From the NCBI GenBank assembly GCA_016193315.1, contig JACPSJ010000001.1:219981-283980 (forward strand): 64,000 bases of DNA. Reading direction: 5' to 3'. How positions within the stretch are numbered: position 1 is the stretch's first letter; each line of letters opens with the position of its first letter. The notes below the pieces were generated by a model. That model did not search any database. It was not told the origin of the DNA and was given only the letters and a program-made list of their open reading frames with translations. The position numbers were made by a program, and so were the translations under genes. The stretch comes from Candidatus Kerfeldbacteria bacterium (lineage in GTDB: Bacteria; Patescibacteriota; Patescibacteriia; SBBC01; CAIJZX01). This document shows positions 36,501 to 46,636 of the stretch, one piece after another.

Positions 36501-39500
36501 ATGCTAACCCGACCGGCCATCTTCAAACACTCAACTCGGCCATGGCCCTTACTGCTGGCCATGTTGGTGTTGGTGGCAAGTCTGGTGGGGGAGCGCGCGG
36601 CGGTTGAAGCCCAGGGCGAACGACCGCCGCGCGTGATCTCGGTCACAACCGCGGTCACGGCTAACTCCGCGACCATCACCTTCACCACCGATGTCGAAGC
36701 CGAGGCGCGGATCCGTTATGGCCAGTCGGCGGCCTATGACCTGGAGTTCCCGATCGGTGGCACGTTTGTGGCCGCCGTAGCCGGCGAGTTCACCAAACAG
36801 CTGTCCCTGGCCGGGCTGAATCCGGGCACCACCTATCATTTCACCATTGAAACCAGGCGGGTTGGCAGCACCGACACCGCCTCCACCCCGGATCGAACAT
36901 TCACCACCGCCTCGGGCGCCGGCGGCGGGGCGGCGTTGACGATCAATGATATCGGTATGGATTGTATTGGCGCCAATTGTCGCCTAAGTTTCTCCACCAG
37001 CGTCGACGCCAATGTCCAGGTGCGGTGGGACACTTCGCCGCACGGATCTTTCTCGGACTATGTCCTTGGCGCGGCCGGGGAACCAGCCGGATTCTACTCC
37101 GCCGCACTCCGTTCTCTCGACTTGACCGGTCTGGCGCTCGGGACCACCTACCACTACATGATGCAAGGCACTGACCGCGGCGGCAGCACCTTTCTGACCG
37201 GCGACCTAACATTCACCACTGGCGCCGACGGCGATGACCGGACCTTCAGCACCGGCGCCTGTGCCGACGGTACGCCGATCGGCGGCTGTTCACGCGATGG
37301 CGGCTACTGCGAACCTGGCGGCGTGCTGGTCTACCGCTGCGACTCGATCTGCGGTTTCACTTGCCCGGTCGACCAAACGTGCAATGACAGCGGTCTATGT
37401 CTCGTTGACCCGCCGTTGACCGGTTCGCCCAACCAGTGCAACAACTCAAACTGCTACACCGAGAGCGGGGTGTTCAAAGCCATCGCCCCAGCCGGCTGTT
37501 TCCGCAGTTGGCCCCGCTGTAACGCCAACACCATCCTGAAAGTTCGGAAGGATCGGTCCTGCAACCTGTGGTTGAGCTGTGAAACGAGCCTCCAAACGCA
37601 ACCGAGCTCGTCCGCCCCGGCGGAAAACCTGTGCCTGTCCCTGGCCGCCTGCAACAGCCTGGGTCCGAACGGGCAGTGCAACCGCTTCCTGCCGTCGGGG
37701 CAATGCTCGAACAACCCGCTTCGTTTCTGTTCGACGGATGCTGATTGCGAGGCCGGCGGCAGCTGCAACGCCGTGCCGGCTGACGAACCGACGCGCTCGT
37801 TGCAAGACCTTCAATTTAGCACCCCAGACCAGATCTCCCAGATCGCCAATCTGTCCGGCAACGTCATCGCCGGCCTGGACTGGGATCAAGTGGCCGACGT
37901 GCCGGTTATTCGGGGCAACCTCCCGTGGCAGCTGATGCGGCAAATCGGCGGTGTGACGCAGGCCAAGAACGGCGACCTCGAATACCAGCCGCCGAACCCC
38001 GACCCTTGGATCTCCGCGCCGCCAGGCGAAGCACCGGTCGCCAAACTGGTCGTCGAATTCGAAGACCAGGACACCAGCCCCAACCATGTCCTCAAAGTCG
38101 ATCCGGCCAAAGATCCGGACACCGACAAGTATCTTCCGTTCTCCGGCGCGGCGACCGGCGAGTTCTCCGCCGCCCCGGGCGAATACTACTTTGCCGAAGC
38201 GCGGGTCCGGGCCGATGCCGGCAGCCCGCAACTCCGTTTCCAATTCGGCTATGAAGGGTATACGAAGTTTGTCGGCAACGATGACCCATTCGTCGCCTCC
38301 GCCGCCTGGCAGCGGGTGACCATCGGCCCGGTCAAGGGCTTGCGCGGGCAAACTCGCTTCGCCGTCGTTTGCCGCGATGAAGAAAAATGCGGCCCGTTCT
38401 GGATCGACGATGTCCAGATCAAGCCGGTGCTGCAGGTCAATACCACTCCCAGCTACGTCACCCCGACGTGCCGACTTTACCCCAAAGAGGATTCCCCCGC
38501 CTGTGACTATGTCGACAAGGATGGGGTACAGTATAGCGGTTGGCAAGGCTACTGCTTGGAACATGATTCGGTCACCGGCACCTGCCTGTCATGGTGGCCG
38601 GCGGACCTAATCAAGGGTCAAAGCAACATTTTCGGCTCCGAGACGCAGGCCGGTTATGACGGGCGATCCCCATTGTACCTCTGTCTCGAGGCGGCGGGCA
38701 ATAATCGCGGCGTCGTCGGGGAAGCGGGCACCCAGCCGTACGTCGTGGGCAAGGCGAATTACAACGTCGGCCGCGATTTTGAAGCTTTTTGTGGCGGGAC
38801 TCGCGGAGTTCAGTATACCATCGGTCAATGCTGTACCACTTGCATCGATGGCGCGCAGCGTGGCCTTGATCGTATCACCAAGGTGGACGCCAGCGGGCCC
38901 GAACTCAATCTTCATGAGGATGAGATTACCAAGGTCGTTTGGGTGCCGCAGCCGGTGCCAGGGGAAGACGTCAGGCTCAATCCAGGATTTGAAATCATCA
39001 ACAACGATAAGTTCAGATTTTCGTCGCGGGCGCTGCCGGCCGCCGAGGCGGACTACTGGGCTCACCATTACCGAGTTTGGCGCGATACCCCGCCCTACGA
39101 TTACCCTGACGAAGTGCAGGAGTCGGCGAATTATATCATCTGGCGGTGGGAGACCGATCCGGCTGAATGTCGAACGCACACTAACGGCAACTGCGTGACG
39201 GCCAGACTGTTCTTTGACAAGAACACGCGCGAGTTTAAGAAATACCATTTGATCGTGGACGATCAGACGGATGGCGGGGATGAGGAAATGCTGTATCGCG
39301 TTTACTTCTACACCCGGGAATCATGCCGGGCCGTGGCCCAAGTCGTCGACCCGGATGGCAACAGCGAGGTTTTCGCCGAGCGCGTCAAATCGAATTTCAT
39401 CGTGCCCGACCTCAACTACGGCTTGATCTCGGACCTGACGCCATTCGGCGGCGTCTTGCCCCCCAGCGAAGCCGGCGCCGAACCGGAAACATGGCCTCTC

Positions 39501-40433
39501 CTGCCGGTCGAATTCGTCAATACTACCGCCTTCGAATTCGGTCAAGCCCGCGGCGGCAGCCCCTACGCCTGCAACGGGAATTGCCAGGCGGTGATCTGCT
39601 CGGCGAACCACGGATTCAGTTGTCTCAAACCCGACGGCACCGCGGACGCCGCCGCGGTCAATCGGTGCCAAACGGTGCTCGATGTTGACGGTGACGGCCT
39701 GCCCGACGGGCAGTGCACTGGCGTCATCCCGCCGATCGCCAGTGCCCGCGGCCGGCAATCAGTCGGCGCCCATGACCCGACCGGAGTTGATCCGGACCTT
39801 GATCGAAACTACTTCGCCCAAGAGCGTATCCGCCGGCTGTTTGTTCGATCGTTGGGCGTTTGGCGATGGGAGAATAATAAGTATGTCCTTCAGCCCGGGC
39901 CAGGCTGGGAGCCGCCGGACGAACTATGTCCGGTCGATCCGGATGTACCCAGCCGGCGACGACGGCCAAGCTACCCCACTGATTACTGTGCCGTGCCGCC
40001 CGAAGCTGACAACGCGCAGTTCCTGAGCGGCACCAGCAAGCTGGCGACCATCACCGGCGGCAGCGGGGTGGTCGGCATTAAGTTCAACACCGCCGCCGAC
40101 GCCGAACAGGTACCGCTCAAGCAGATCATCATCGACTGGGGCGACACGCAAGATACGATTGCCTTCCCCTTCGCGCCGCGTAACGATCCGTCGAAGCCAC
40201 ACATCGTCAGCCACGTCTACATCGCCAACCCGGGCAATCCGGCCTGCCGTGGCGGCGCGGGCGGTCGCGTCTCCTGCGAATTCCGCATCAAGATCCAGGT
40301 TGAAGACAACTGGGGGTGGTGCAACGATGCCACGGCTGGCACCAAGTGCCACCGGACCATTGACGCGCGCACCGGCCGCTTCGACTCGAGCACCTGGTAC
40401 GATACGGACTTAACGGTGCGGGTCGAATCATGA
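36501..40433 (+). CDS. Giant secreted protein (1311 aa) with N-terminal FN3-like domains and a Cys-rich body
   Basis: Signal peptide MLTRPAIFKHSTRPWPLLLAMLVLVASLVG. Two FN3/PAP-N-like domains (GTTYHFTIETRR and GTTYHYMMQGTDRGG), then many Cys. The ORF-track 5-prime extension to 35694 overlaps the previous gene and was rejected. Confidence 0.65.
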   Translation: MLTRPAIFKHSTRPWPLLLAMLVLVASLVGERAAVEAQGERPPRVISVTTAVTANSATITFTTDVEAEARIRYGQSAAYDLEFPIGGTFVAAVAGEFTKQLSLAGLNPGTTYHFTIETRRVGSTDTASTPDRTFTTASGAGGGAALTINDIGMDCIGANCRLSFSTSVDANVQVRWDTSPHGSFSDYVLGAAGEPAGFYSAALRSLDLTGLALGTTYHYMMQGTDRGGSTFLTGDLTFTTGADGDDRTFSTGACADGTPIGGCSRDGGYCEPGGVLVYRCDSICGFTCPVDQTCNDSGLCLVDPPLTGSPNQCNNSNCYTESGVFKAIAPAGCFRSWPRCNANTILKVRKDRSCNLWLSCETSLQTQPSSSAPAENLCLSLAACNSLGPNGQCNRFLPSGQCSNNPLRFCSTDADCEAGGSCNAVPADEPTRSLQDLQFSTPDQISQIANLSGNVIAGLDWDQVADVPVIRGNLPWQLMRQIGGVTQAKNGDLEYQPPNPDPWISAPPGEAPVAKLVVEFEDQDTSPNHVLKVDPAKDPDTDKYLPFSGAATGEFSAAPGEYYFAEARVRADAGSPQLRFQFGYEGYTKFVGNDDPFVASAAWQRVTIGPVKGLRGQTRFAVVCRDEEKCGPFWIDDVQIKPVLQVNTTPSYVTPTCRLYPKEDSPACDYVDKDGVQYSGWQGYCLEHDSVTGTCLSWWPADLIKGQSNIFGSETQAGYDGRSPLYLCLEAAGNNRGVVGEAGTQPYVVGKANYNVGRDFEAFCGGTRGVQYTIGQCCTTCIDGAQRGLDRITKVDASGPELNLHEDEITKVVWVPQPVPGEDVRLNPGFEIINNDKFRFSSRALPAAEADYWAHHYRVWRDTPPYDYPDEVQESANYIIWRWETDPAECRTHTNGNCVTARLFFDKNTREFKKYHLIVDDQTDGGDEEMLYRVYFYTRESCRAVAQVVDPDGNSEVFAERVKSNFIVPDLNYGLISDLTPFGGVLPPSEAGAEPETWPLLPVEFVNTTAFEFGQARGGSPYACNGNCQAVICSANHGFSCLKPDGTADAAAVNRCQTVLDVDGDGLPDGQCTGVIPPIASARGRQSVGAHDPTGVDPDLDRNYFAQERIRRLFVRSLGVWRWENNKYVLQPGPGWEPPDELCPVDPDVPSRRRRPSYPTDYCAVPPEADNAQFLSGTSKLATITGGSGVVGIKFNTAADAEQVPLKQIIIDWGDTQDTIAFPFAPRNDPSKPHIVSHVYIANPGNPACRGGAGGRVSCEFRIKIQVEDNWGWCNDATAGTKCHRTIDARTGRFDSSTWYDTDLTVRVES

Positions 40434-43333
40434 TGACCGAGCGCCTGAAGCGCCATTTCCAGCGCCACGGCCGGAGCTATCTGGCTGGCTTAATCGTGGC
40501 CGTGGTCGTCGGTGGCGTTCTCCTCGCCGGCCAGGCCATGGCCCAGACGAGTGGCGGTATTTCCGGCGGCGCGGTCAAGCCGGCGACCTTCATCCAGAAG
40601 CTCTATGCCTTCCTGGGCGACATCGTCCTCGTCATCCTGCAGTTCGTGGCCAACCTGACGGCCATGGCGATTCACGTCATCATCATCGTTTCGCAGTACA
40701 ATCACTTCATTGACGTGCCGGTCGTCAAAACCGGCTGGACCATCGTCCGCGACATCACCAACATGTTCTTTATTATCGCCCTCTTGGTCATCGCGGCCGG
40801 GACGATTTTGCGGATCGAGAACTACCGTTACAACCGCCTGCTGGCGCGGGTGATCGTGATGGCTTTCCTGGTTAACTTCTCGCGCCTGATCGCCGGCTTT
40901 TTCATCCAGTCGGCCCAAGTGGTGATGCTGACTTTTGTCAACGCCTACAAAGACGCCTTCTTCGGTAATTTCGCCCATCTCTTCGGGCTTGATTCGGTCT
41001 TACGCTTTGCCAGCGAACCAGGTCCGGTGGTTGAGCGGGTCGTCGATTTCGGCATTATTCTAATTAGTCTCTTGGCCGGGTTGGCCCTGTTGGTGGTCTC
41101 CCTGGTGGTCTCCCTGGCCATCGCCATCATCCTGGCCATTCGCATTATCGCTCTCTGGATCTTGGTCATCTTTTCCCCGTTGGCGTATGCGCTGCGGATT
41201 CTGCCGAACACCGAAGGATTTTCCCGGCGTTGGTGGTCGGAGTTTGGGAAATACGTCACCGTTGGTCCGGTCATGGCCTTTATGCTGTGGCTATCCTTGG
41301 CGATTATCGTTTCCACCGGCGCGACTGCCGAACTCAGCGAACAGACGAGCGTCAAGGATCTAGCCAAACAATACGCCGGCGAAAACGTCAGCGGCAGCAG
41401 CCAGCCGTTTGTCAACGAACTGCTGTCGCTTGAGAACCTGACTTCCTTCCTGATCGGCATCATCTTCTTGGTCATGGGCTTGAGTTACGCGACGCAGCTC
41501 GGCGGCGCAGCTGGGCGGTTCGCCGGTTCGGCCACCACCGCCGCCACCGGCGCCGCGCTCGGCGCTTCGGGCGTGGCCTGGATGCGCGACCGGACCGTGG
41601 CGCCGGTCCAAGGGTGGTTACGCAATCGCCAAGCCGCGGCCCGCGCCCGGGTTGAGGAACGGACGCAAACGCTTGAGGCGGCCGGTGATCGGCTGCGGAC
41701 GGCCTTCCCCGGCGCCGGCGCCGAACGGTCGCGGGCCGCGGCCGCTGCCTACGAGCGGCAACGGACAGCCAGGCGGATTGCCGAGCGCGGTTATGAAGAT
41801 CGGAGCCACGATGAGTTGATGACTGAGTTTCAACATGGCCGCGGTCGCGGCCGGGTGGCAGCGATGGAGGTCCTGCGACGTCGCGGCGAGATCAACTTGA
41901 CGGATCCAAACCAGAACGCTGCCTTAAATCAAGTCCTGGCCTCGGGCCGGATGCCGCCAGGAGAACGGCGCAAGATCCGTCAAGAAATATTACAGGCCAA
42001 CGTCGGCAATATGGCTGATCCGGACGTGCGGGCGCGCTTGGCCGCGGCTGGTGATCGGGATGAACAAATCGTCCTGGCTCAGGAACTAGAGCGCCGTAAG
42101 GCCCTGAACGCCGAAAACGCCGGCGACCAGGCAATCATCAATGGACTGCGGGGGAATCTGGCCGAGGTTCCGGCCCGGCTGAAAGAATTCGATGACTCGT
42201 TGAAACGGAATAACCCGCGGATGGCCCTCGAGACGATCTATGAAGGCTTCACCAGGGGGGCGGCAAACGTTGACCAGCTGCTCAATGATATCCAGCAAGG
42301 GACGTATAACGCCGCCAATCTCAACGTCCGCGATGTGGCCACTATGACCCGGAGCCTTCGCAACGTCAGCGGCCTGGGTCGTGATGAGGCCCAAAGTTAC
42401 GTGGGCAACCAGATTCTGACGAACGCCCGGTCAAAAGAGGAATATGACCGCATCATGAACAGCATGCAGAGCGACACCCGCGACATTGCCCATAACGACC
42501 TCCAGGTGGCCGCGGCCATCCCGGCTGAACGACGGCGCTGGTTGGCTGACCAGGCCTACTTGGGCGAGGCCTACGCTGGCAATGATGCGGCCGCTGATTT
42601 CTATGTCCGCAACAATAGCGATAAGGTGCTCGAGAACCTGAAGAAGGAACGTATCTCGCGGCGGACCTGGCAAACCGACGCCATTGTCGAGTCGATAACG
42701 AATCAGGATCGCATCGGTATTAACGACCTGGCCGAGGCGGTCAGGAACACCCCGGCCGTTCGCAATCACGCCTCAGCCACGTTCAACCGTATCAGTCACC
42801 GGATCAATACCACGGCCACGGCCAACACCAACGACGCGACCCAGGAAGGTCGGCGACAAAATAAACTCCGGCGTTCGTTTGTGGCCGTCTCTGGCGGCGG
42901 AGATGTCAATGACCTCATGATGGGCCCGGTGCTCGGAGCGCCAGGCGCGCAAATCAGTTCGCTCCAAGCAGCTTTCCGAATGGGTGGTGCGGCTACGACC
43001 GCCGCTTTCACCACTGCCCGCCAGGGGCTTGAACGCACCATCGCCACGGTCGGTAACCGTCTGAACCGGCTGGATTTTGCTCGCTTGCATACCACGCCCC
43101 AAGGGCAAGTCATTGAGCGGGCGGTGGTGGAAAACTTAAAGGTTTCTCATTTGGCGGAAATCGATGAACGAAATCCTGGCTTAGCTCAAAACATCGTCCA
43201 ACAAATTCGTACCACGGCCGCGCTGCCCGCCGGCACCACCTACGCCGGTCGGCCGCTGACTGGTGACGACATCGACCGACTCAATGGCACGCTGAACCGG
43301 ATCCGCCGCAGCGATCGTTTGTCCTATCTCTAA
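40430..43333 (+). CDS. VirB6/TrbL-like polytopic membrane protein with a roughly 570-aa hydrophilic C-terminal extension
   Basis: Signal peptide plus 5-6 TM helices in the first roughly 400 aa, with a TrbL/VirB6-like topology. The start overlaps the upstream stop (ATGA). The Arg-rich, helical C-terminus has no assignable domain. Confidence 0.45.
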   Translation: MMTERLKRHFQRHGRSYLAGLIVAVVVGGVLLAGQAMAQTSGGISGGAVKPATFIQKLYAFLGDIVLVILQFVANLTAMAIHVIIIVSQYNHFIDVPVVKTGWTIVRDITNMFFIIALLVIAAGTILRIENYRYNRLLARVIVMAFLVNFSRLIAGFFIQSAQVVMLTFVNAYKDAFFGNFAHLFGLDSVLRFASEPGPVVERVVDFGIILISLLAGLALLVVSLVVSLAIAIILAIRIIALWILVIFSPLAYALRILPNTEGFSRRWWSEFGKYVTVGPVMAFMLWLSLAIIVSTGATAELSEQTSVKDLAKQYAGENVSGSSQPFVNELLSLENLTSFLIGIIFLVMGLSYATQLGGAAGRFAGSATTAATGAALGASGVAWMRDRTVAPVQGWLRNRQAAARARVEERTQTLEAAGDRLRTAFPGAGAERSRAAAAAYERQRTARRIAERGYEDRSHDELMTEFQHGRGRGRVAAMEVLRRRGEINLTDPNQNAALNQVLASGRMPPGERRKIRQEILQANVGNMADPDVRARLAAAGDRDEQIVLAQELERRKALNAENAGDQAIINGLRGNLAEVPARLKEFDDSLKRNNPRMALETIYEGFTRGAANVDQLLNDIQQGTYNAANLNVRDVATMTRSLRNVSGLGRDEAQSYVGNQILTNARSKEEYDRIMNSMQSDTRDIAHNDLQVAAAIPAERRRWLADQAYLGEAYAGNDAAADFYVRNNSDKVLENLKKERISRRTWQTDAIVESITNQDRIGINDLAEAVRNTPAVRNHASATFNRISHRINTTATANTNDATQEGRRQNKLRRSFVAVSGGGDVNDLMMGPVLGAPGAQISSLQAAFRMGGAATTAAFTTARQGLERTIATVGNRLNRLDFARLHTTPQGQVIERAVVENLKVSHLAEIDERNPGLAQNIVQQIRTTAALPAGTTYAGRPLTGDDIDRLNGTLNRIRRSDRLSYL

Positions 43334-43344
43334 ACTACTCCCAC

Positions 43345-44040
43345 ATGCCGGAACCGACCAATCCATTCGCCCAGCTCCCGAGTTTGATGCAGCAAGTGCT
43401 CAATCACGAAGAGAATATTGACGTCAACATGGCCATCGAACAATCAAACGGACTGACCGCCAAACAAGGCGATCAGATGATGGGCGTCATCCGCAAAATC
43501 ATCCTCAAGGTTATGAAGCCGGCCGAGCTCGTGGCGACCATCAAGCAAGATATCGTACTCGACGACGACCGGGCGAAAAAGCTGGCCCTCGATCTGCTCG
43601 GTCGGCGCTTTTTGCCGATGGAATGGTACATCGGCAAGGTCCAGCCACTGATTCACGAGCTCGGCGGCAACGTGGCCGAGTACCTGGCCGAGGTCAAAAA
43701 ACTTTATCCCGAAGTCTACGCCCCAGCCCAGGCCCCGACCACAGTCCCCTCACCAACCGACACCGAACATCCGCTGCTCCGTGATTTCGATCAGCGGGTC
43801 AGCAGCCTGAAGGGCAAAGGTGAGATATTACTGCGCCTCACCGGCTTGTCGAGTCAGGTCGAAGAAGCCGTCAAGGCTGAACAGCTAGAGCCTGATGCCG
43901 GTGAGCGGATGATGCAGGAACTCGACGCCATGAGCTACGCCGTCAACACCCAGGATCTTAATCCATTCGAGATCAACTCGCTGAAGCGAAAGTTGCGACG
44001 GATACTCAGCCAGCTGTCAGCGACCGCCCCGCCAGGATGA
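43345..44040 (+). CDS. Hypothetical soluble protein in the T4SS-like locus
   Basis: ORF in operon context; no motif. Confidence 0.35.
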   Translation: MPEPTNPFAQLPSLMQQVLNHEENIDVNMAIEQSNGLTAKQGDQMMGVIRKIILKVMKPAELVATIKQDIVLDDDRAKKLALDLLGRRFLPMEWYIGKVQPLIHELGGNVAEYLAEVKKLYPEVYAPAQAPTTVPSPTDTEHPLLRDFDQRVSSLKGKGEILLRLTGLSSQVEEAVKAEQLEPDAGERMMQELDAMSYAVNTQDLNPFEINSLKRKLRRILSQLSATAPPG

Positions 44041-44369
44041 GGATTGCGGTCAGCCGTCCGACCCAGCGGCCAAGCGTGGTTCTGCGTCGCGCCGGTTATA
44101 GCGAGTTCCACGACCGTCAGGCCAATCAGGTGTCGTACGTCCGCCGATTAGGAACGTATTACTACCCGCGTTTCCACCTGTACGTCGTTGATAGCGGGCA
44201 GGATCTGCAACTGAATCTTCACCTTGATCAGAAGCAGCCATCCTACGGCGTCGGTCACCAGCACAGTGGGGAGTATGACGGTTGGCAAATCGAGGCCGAG
44301 GCTGAACGGTTAAAACAATTTTTTCAACCCCTCCCGGATCAAAAGCACCCGACTACAGTACCCACTTGA
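44037..44369 (+). CDS. Hypothetical small protein
   Basis: ATGA overlap with the upstream gene. Confidence 0.3.
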   Translation: MRIAVSRPTQRPSVVLRRAGYSEFHDRQANQVSYVRRLGTYYYPRFHLYVVDSGQDLQLNLHLDQKQPSYGVGHQHSGEYDGWQIEAEAERLKQFFQPLPDQKHPTTVPT

Positions 44370-44399
44370 GAGCCGCGCAGATCAGGACCGGGTCACACG

Positions 44400-46094
44400 T
44401 TGCGAGTCGGGCCGATTTATGCCATAATTTCGTTACCGAAACAAATCTCAATGCCTGACATTTGGCAGCAATTCCATCAGCTCCCGCGGGCGATCCGCGA
44501 CACCGTAGCCTCCCCGCAGGCGCTGGCGGCCGTTGAACGACTGGAAAACCAGTACCCCCAACTTGATGCGGCGAACTTGATCATGCGGGTGATGACGAAA
44601 GAGGTGGCGATCCAGAACCTCGTCGATACCATTGCCTCCGAGGGTCGCCTCGGTTCAGAAGCCGCCGCATCGGTGGCCGACACTCTCCAGCGCGAGGTTT
44701 TTGGCGGTGTCCACGACTACCTTGGACTTGACCAACCAACCGAGGTCAAACCGTCACCCCGCCGGCCAGGATTTCGTCAAACAACATCGCCACCAGCCGC
44801 CGGGACCCAGCCGCCGGCGCAGCCAGCTGACTCTCCAGCCCCACCTCGACCTCCCCCGGTTCCGCCGGCACCGGCCGCACCATTCGCCATCCCGCCACCA
44901 CGCGTTCCACCCGCGCGCCAGGCGGCCACCGACTCTGTCGGTGGAGGAAAGCTGGAGCGCCCAGCCTCCGGTGCGGGGTTCCGCCCCACCCAGTATGTGG
45001 GAGAACCTCCAACTCCTCTTGGCGGGGCTCCACCGCCGGTGGTTGCCCCACCACCAGCGTCTGTCCCCGCGGTTGGTCCAGCCACCGTGACTCCACCCTC
45101 CGTGGCGACCCCCGCTCCGTCCGCTCAGCCCCAACCACCAGTTGGTCCAGTGGCGCCAACACAGGCTTATTCAGAGGAAGACGCACAGGAAATCGAGCGG
45201 CATGCGCAACGGCTGAAATCAATTCAGGCCAGCGCGGCCAGCCTCGATTTTGATGACGCTGCCCGAGCGGTTATAGCCCAGCACCAACTCGCCTTCGCCG
45301 GCGACTTGCTGCCGAAGCGAGCCTTGGCCATATTCAAAGCCCGGCTGAAAGACATACGCAACTCTGACGACACGCAAGTCATCCTGACTCGCGATCCAAA
45401 GGTCGGCGGCTTAGGACTGGATCCCGATTTGGCGGCTAATGTGGTCGCCAGTCTCGACGAGCTGAGCGGACAGTTGAAATCACGCGGTATGGTCCGTCCG
45501 CCCGCCCCCCCCAGTCCACCCCCGCCGCCGATCGTGCCGCGGGCCGAGTCACCGCGGCCGACTCCCCGTCCGCCGATCCGCCCGCTGCCAATCGAACCGG
45601 TTCAGGCCGCTCCGGCCGTGACGGCCGCCGTCCCGACCGGACCACCCGAAATCAAGCCGCCGTCGCCGAATGTTCCCATTCGGCCCACGGCCCCGGCCGG
45701 GCCAGCGATGGTCCAACGCCGTCGGGTGATCGATCGACCGACCGTGGCCGACGTCACGAAACCATCACGCACCTACGGGCCGGCGGAAGAAATGCGCAGT
45801 TTGACGGTCGCTGATTTCCGCCGTCTCGGCCAAGGAGCCAATGATTCGGCCGCCCACCTGCTCGGCAAATTTCAGCATTTGCAACAAGAGTCATTCCGTT
45901 TGTGGAGCGAGGCCCTGGCCGGCTGGCGTCAGAGCGAAATTCATCAGCTGTACTTGGCCATGGGCCGTCAAAGTCTCGACGAGAACATCCCCATCCGCGA
46001 AGTGGTTCAACGTCGGGCTCGGAATAACCAGCCCTATCTGTCGGAACATGAGTTTACCGCCCTGGCCGACCTCAACCGCCAGTTGCAGCCGTAG
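44400..46094 (+). CDS. Proline-rich low-complexity protein
   Basis: Extended PPxP/PAP runs (PPRPPPVPPAPAAPFAIPPPRVPP; PPAPPSPPPPPIVP) between an N-terminal helical domain and a C-terminal domain. Confidence 0.4.
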   Translation: MRVGPIYAIISLPKQISMPDIWQQFHQLPRAIRDTVASPQALAAVERLENQYPQLDAANLIMRVMTKEVAIQNLVDTIASEGRLGSEAAASVADTLQREVFGGVHDYLGLDQPTEVKPSPRRPGFRQTTSPPAAGTQPPAQPADSPAPPRPPPVPPAPAAPFAIPPPRVPPARQAATDSVGGGKLERPASGAGFRPTQYVGEPPTPLGGAPPPVVAPPPASVPAVGPATVTPPSVATPAPSAQPQPPVGPVAPTQAYSEEDAQEIERHAQRLKSIQASAASLDFDDAARAVIAQHQLAFAGDLLPKRALAIFKARLKDIRNSDDTQVILTRDPKVGGLGLDPDLAANVVASLDELSGQLKSRGMVRPPAPPSPPPPPIVPRAESPRPTPRPPIRPLPIEPVQAAPAVTAAVPTGPPEIKPPSPNVPIRPTAPAGPAMVQRRRVIDRPTVADVTKPSRTYGPAEEMRSLTVADFRRLGQGANDSAAHLLGKFQHLQQESFRLWSEALAGWRQSEIHQLYLAMGRQSLDENIPIREVVQRRARNNQPYLSEHEFTALADLNRQLQP

Positions 46095-46140
46095 CCGCGC
46101 CCCTCGGTTCTTTAGTCTTTAACTCTAAATCTCCAACGGG

Positions 46141-46626
46141 ATGGCCCAGCAATTCATCGTTCCCCAGTTCATCGAGGTCGAGGACAAAATCATTGGTCCG
46201 ATTACCGTCCGCCAATTCGTTATTATCTTAGCCGGCACGGCGCTGATCGTTGGCTCGTATCAGCTGTTGGTCAAACTGGCCAATCAAAGCGGCGCATTTT
46301 TGTTCTCCGCTTTCGGCATTCTGGTGGCCATGGTGGCCTTCGCCTTCGTCAAAGTCAACGGCCGTCCGTTCCACACCTTTCTCCTCAACGTCCTCCAGCA
46401 TCTCAAGAATCCCCGGATGCGCCTGTGGAACAACCAAATCGGCGAACGGCTCCAGTATCGCCGGGAACCTCCGCCGCCGTCGCCGATTCCGACTAAGCGA
46501 CCGCTCAGCAGCACCAAGTTGGCTCAACTGGCTCTACTGGTTGATACCGGCGGCGCTTACCACGAAGATGAAGAACTCCTCTACTGGGGGCAGGCGCTGC
46601 CAAATCAGGTGAGCCGGCGCCGATAA
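46141..46626 (+). CDS. Small two-TM membrane protein, VirB3/PrgI-like by position and topology
   Basis: Two hydrophobic helices (VRQFVIILAGTALIVGSYQLL and FLFSAFGILVAMVAFAFV), located just upstream of VirB4. Confidence 0.4.
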   Translation: MAQQFIVPQFIEVEDKIIGPITVRQFVIILAGTALIVGSYQLLVKLANQSGAFLFSAFGILVAMVAFAFVKVNGRPFHTFLLNVLQHLKNPRMRLWNNQIGERLQYRREPPPPSPIPTKRPLSSTKLAQLALLVDTGGAYHEDEELLYWGQALPNQVSRRR

Positions 46627-46636
46627 CGCTGACCGC

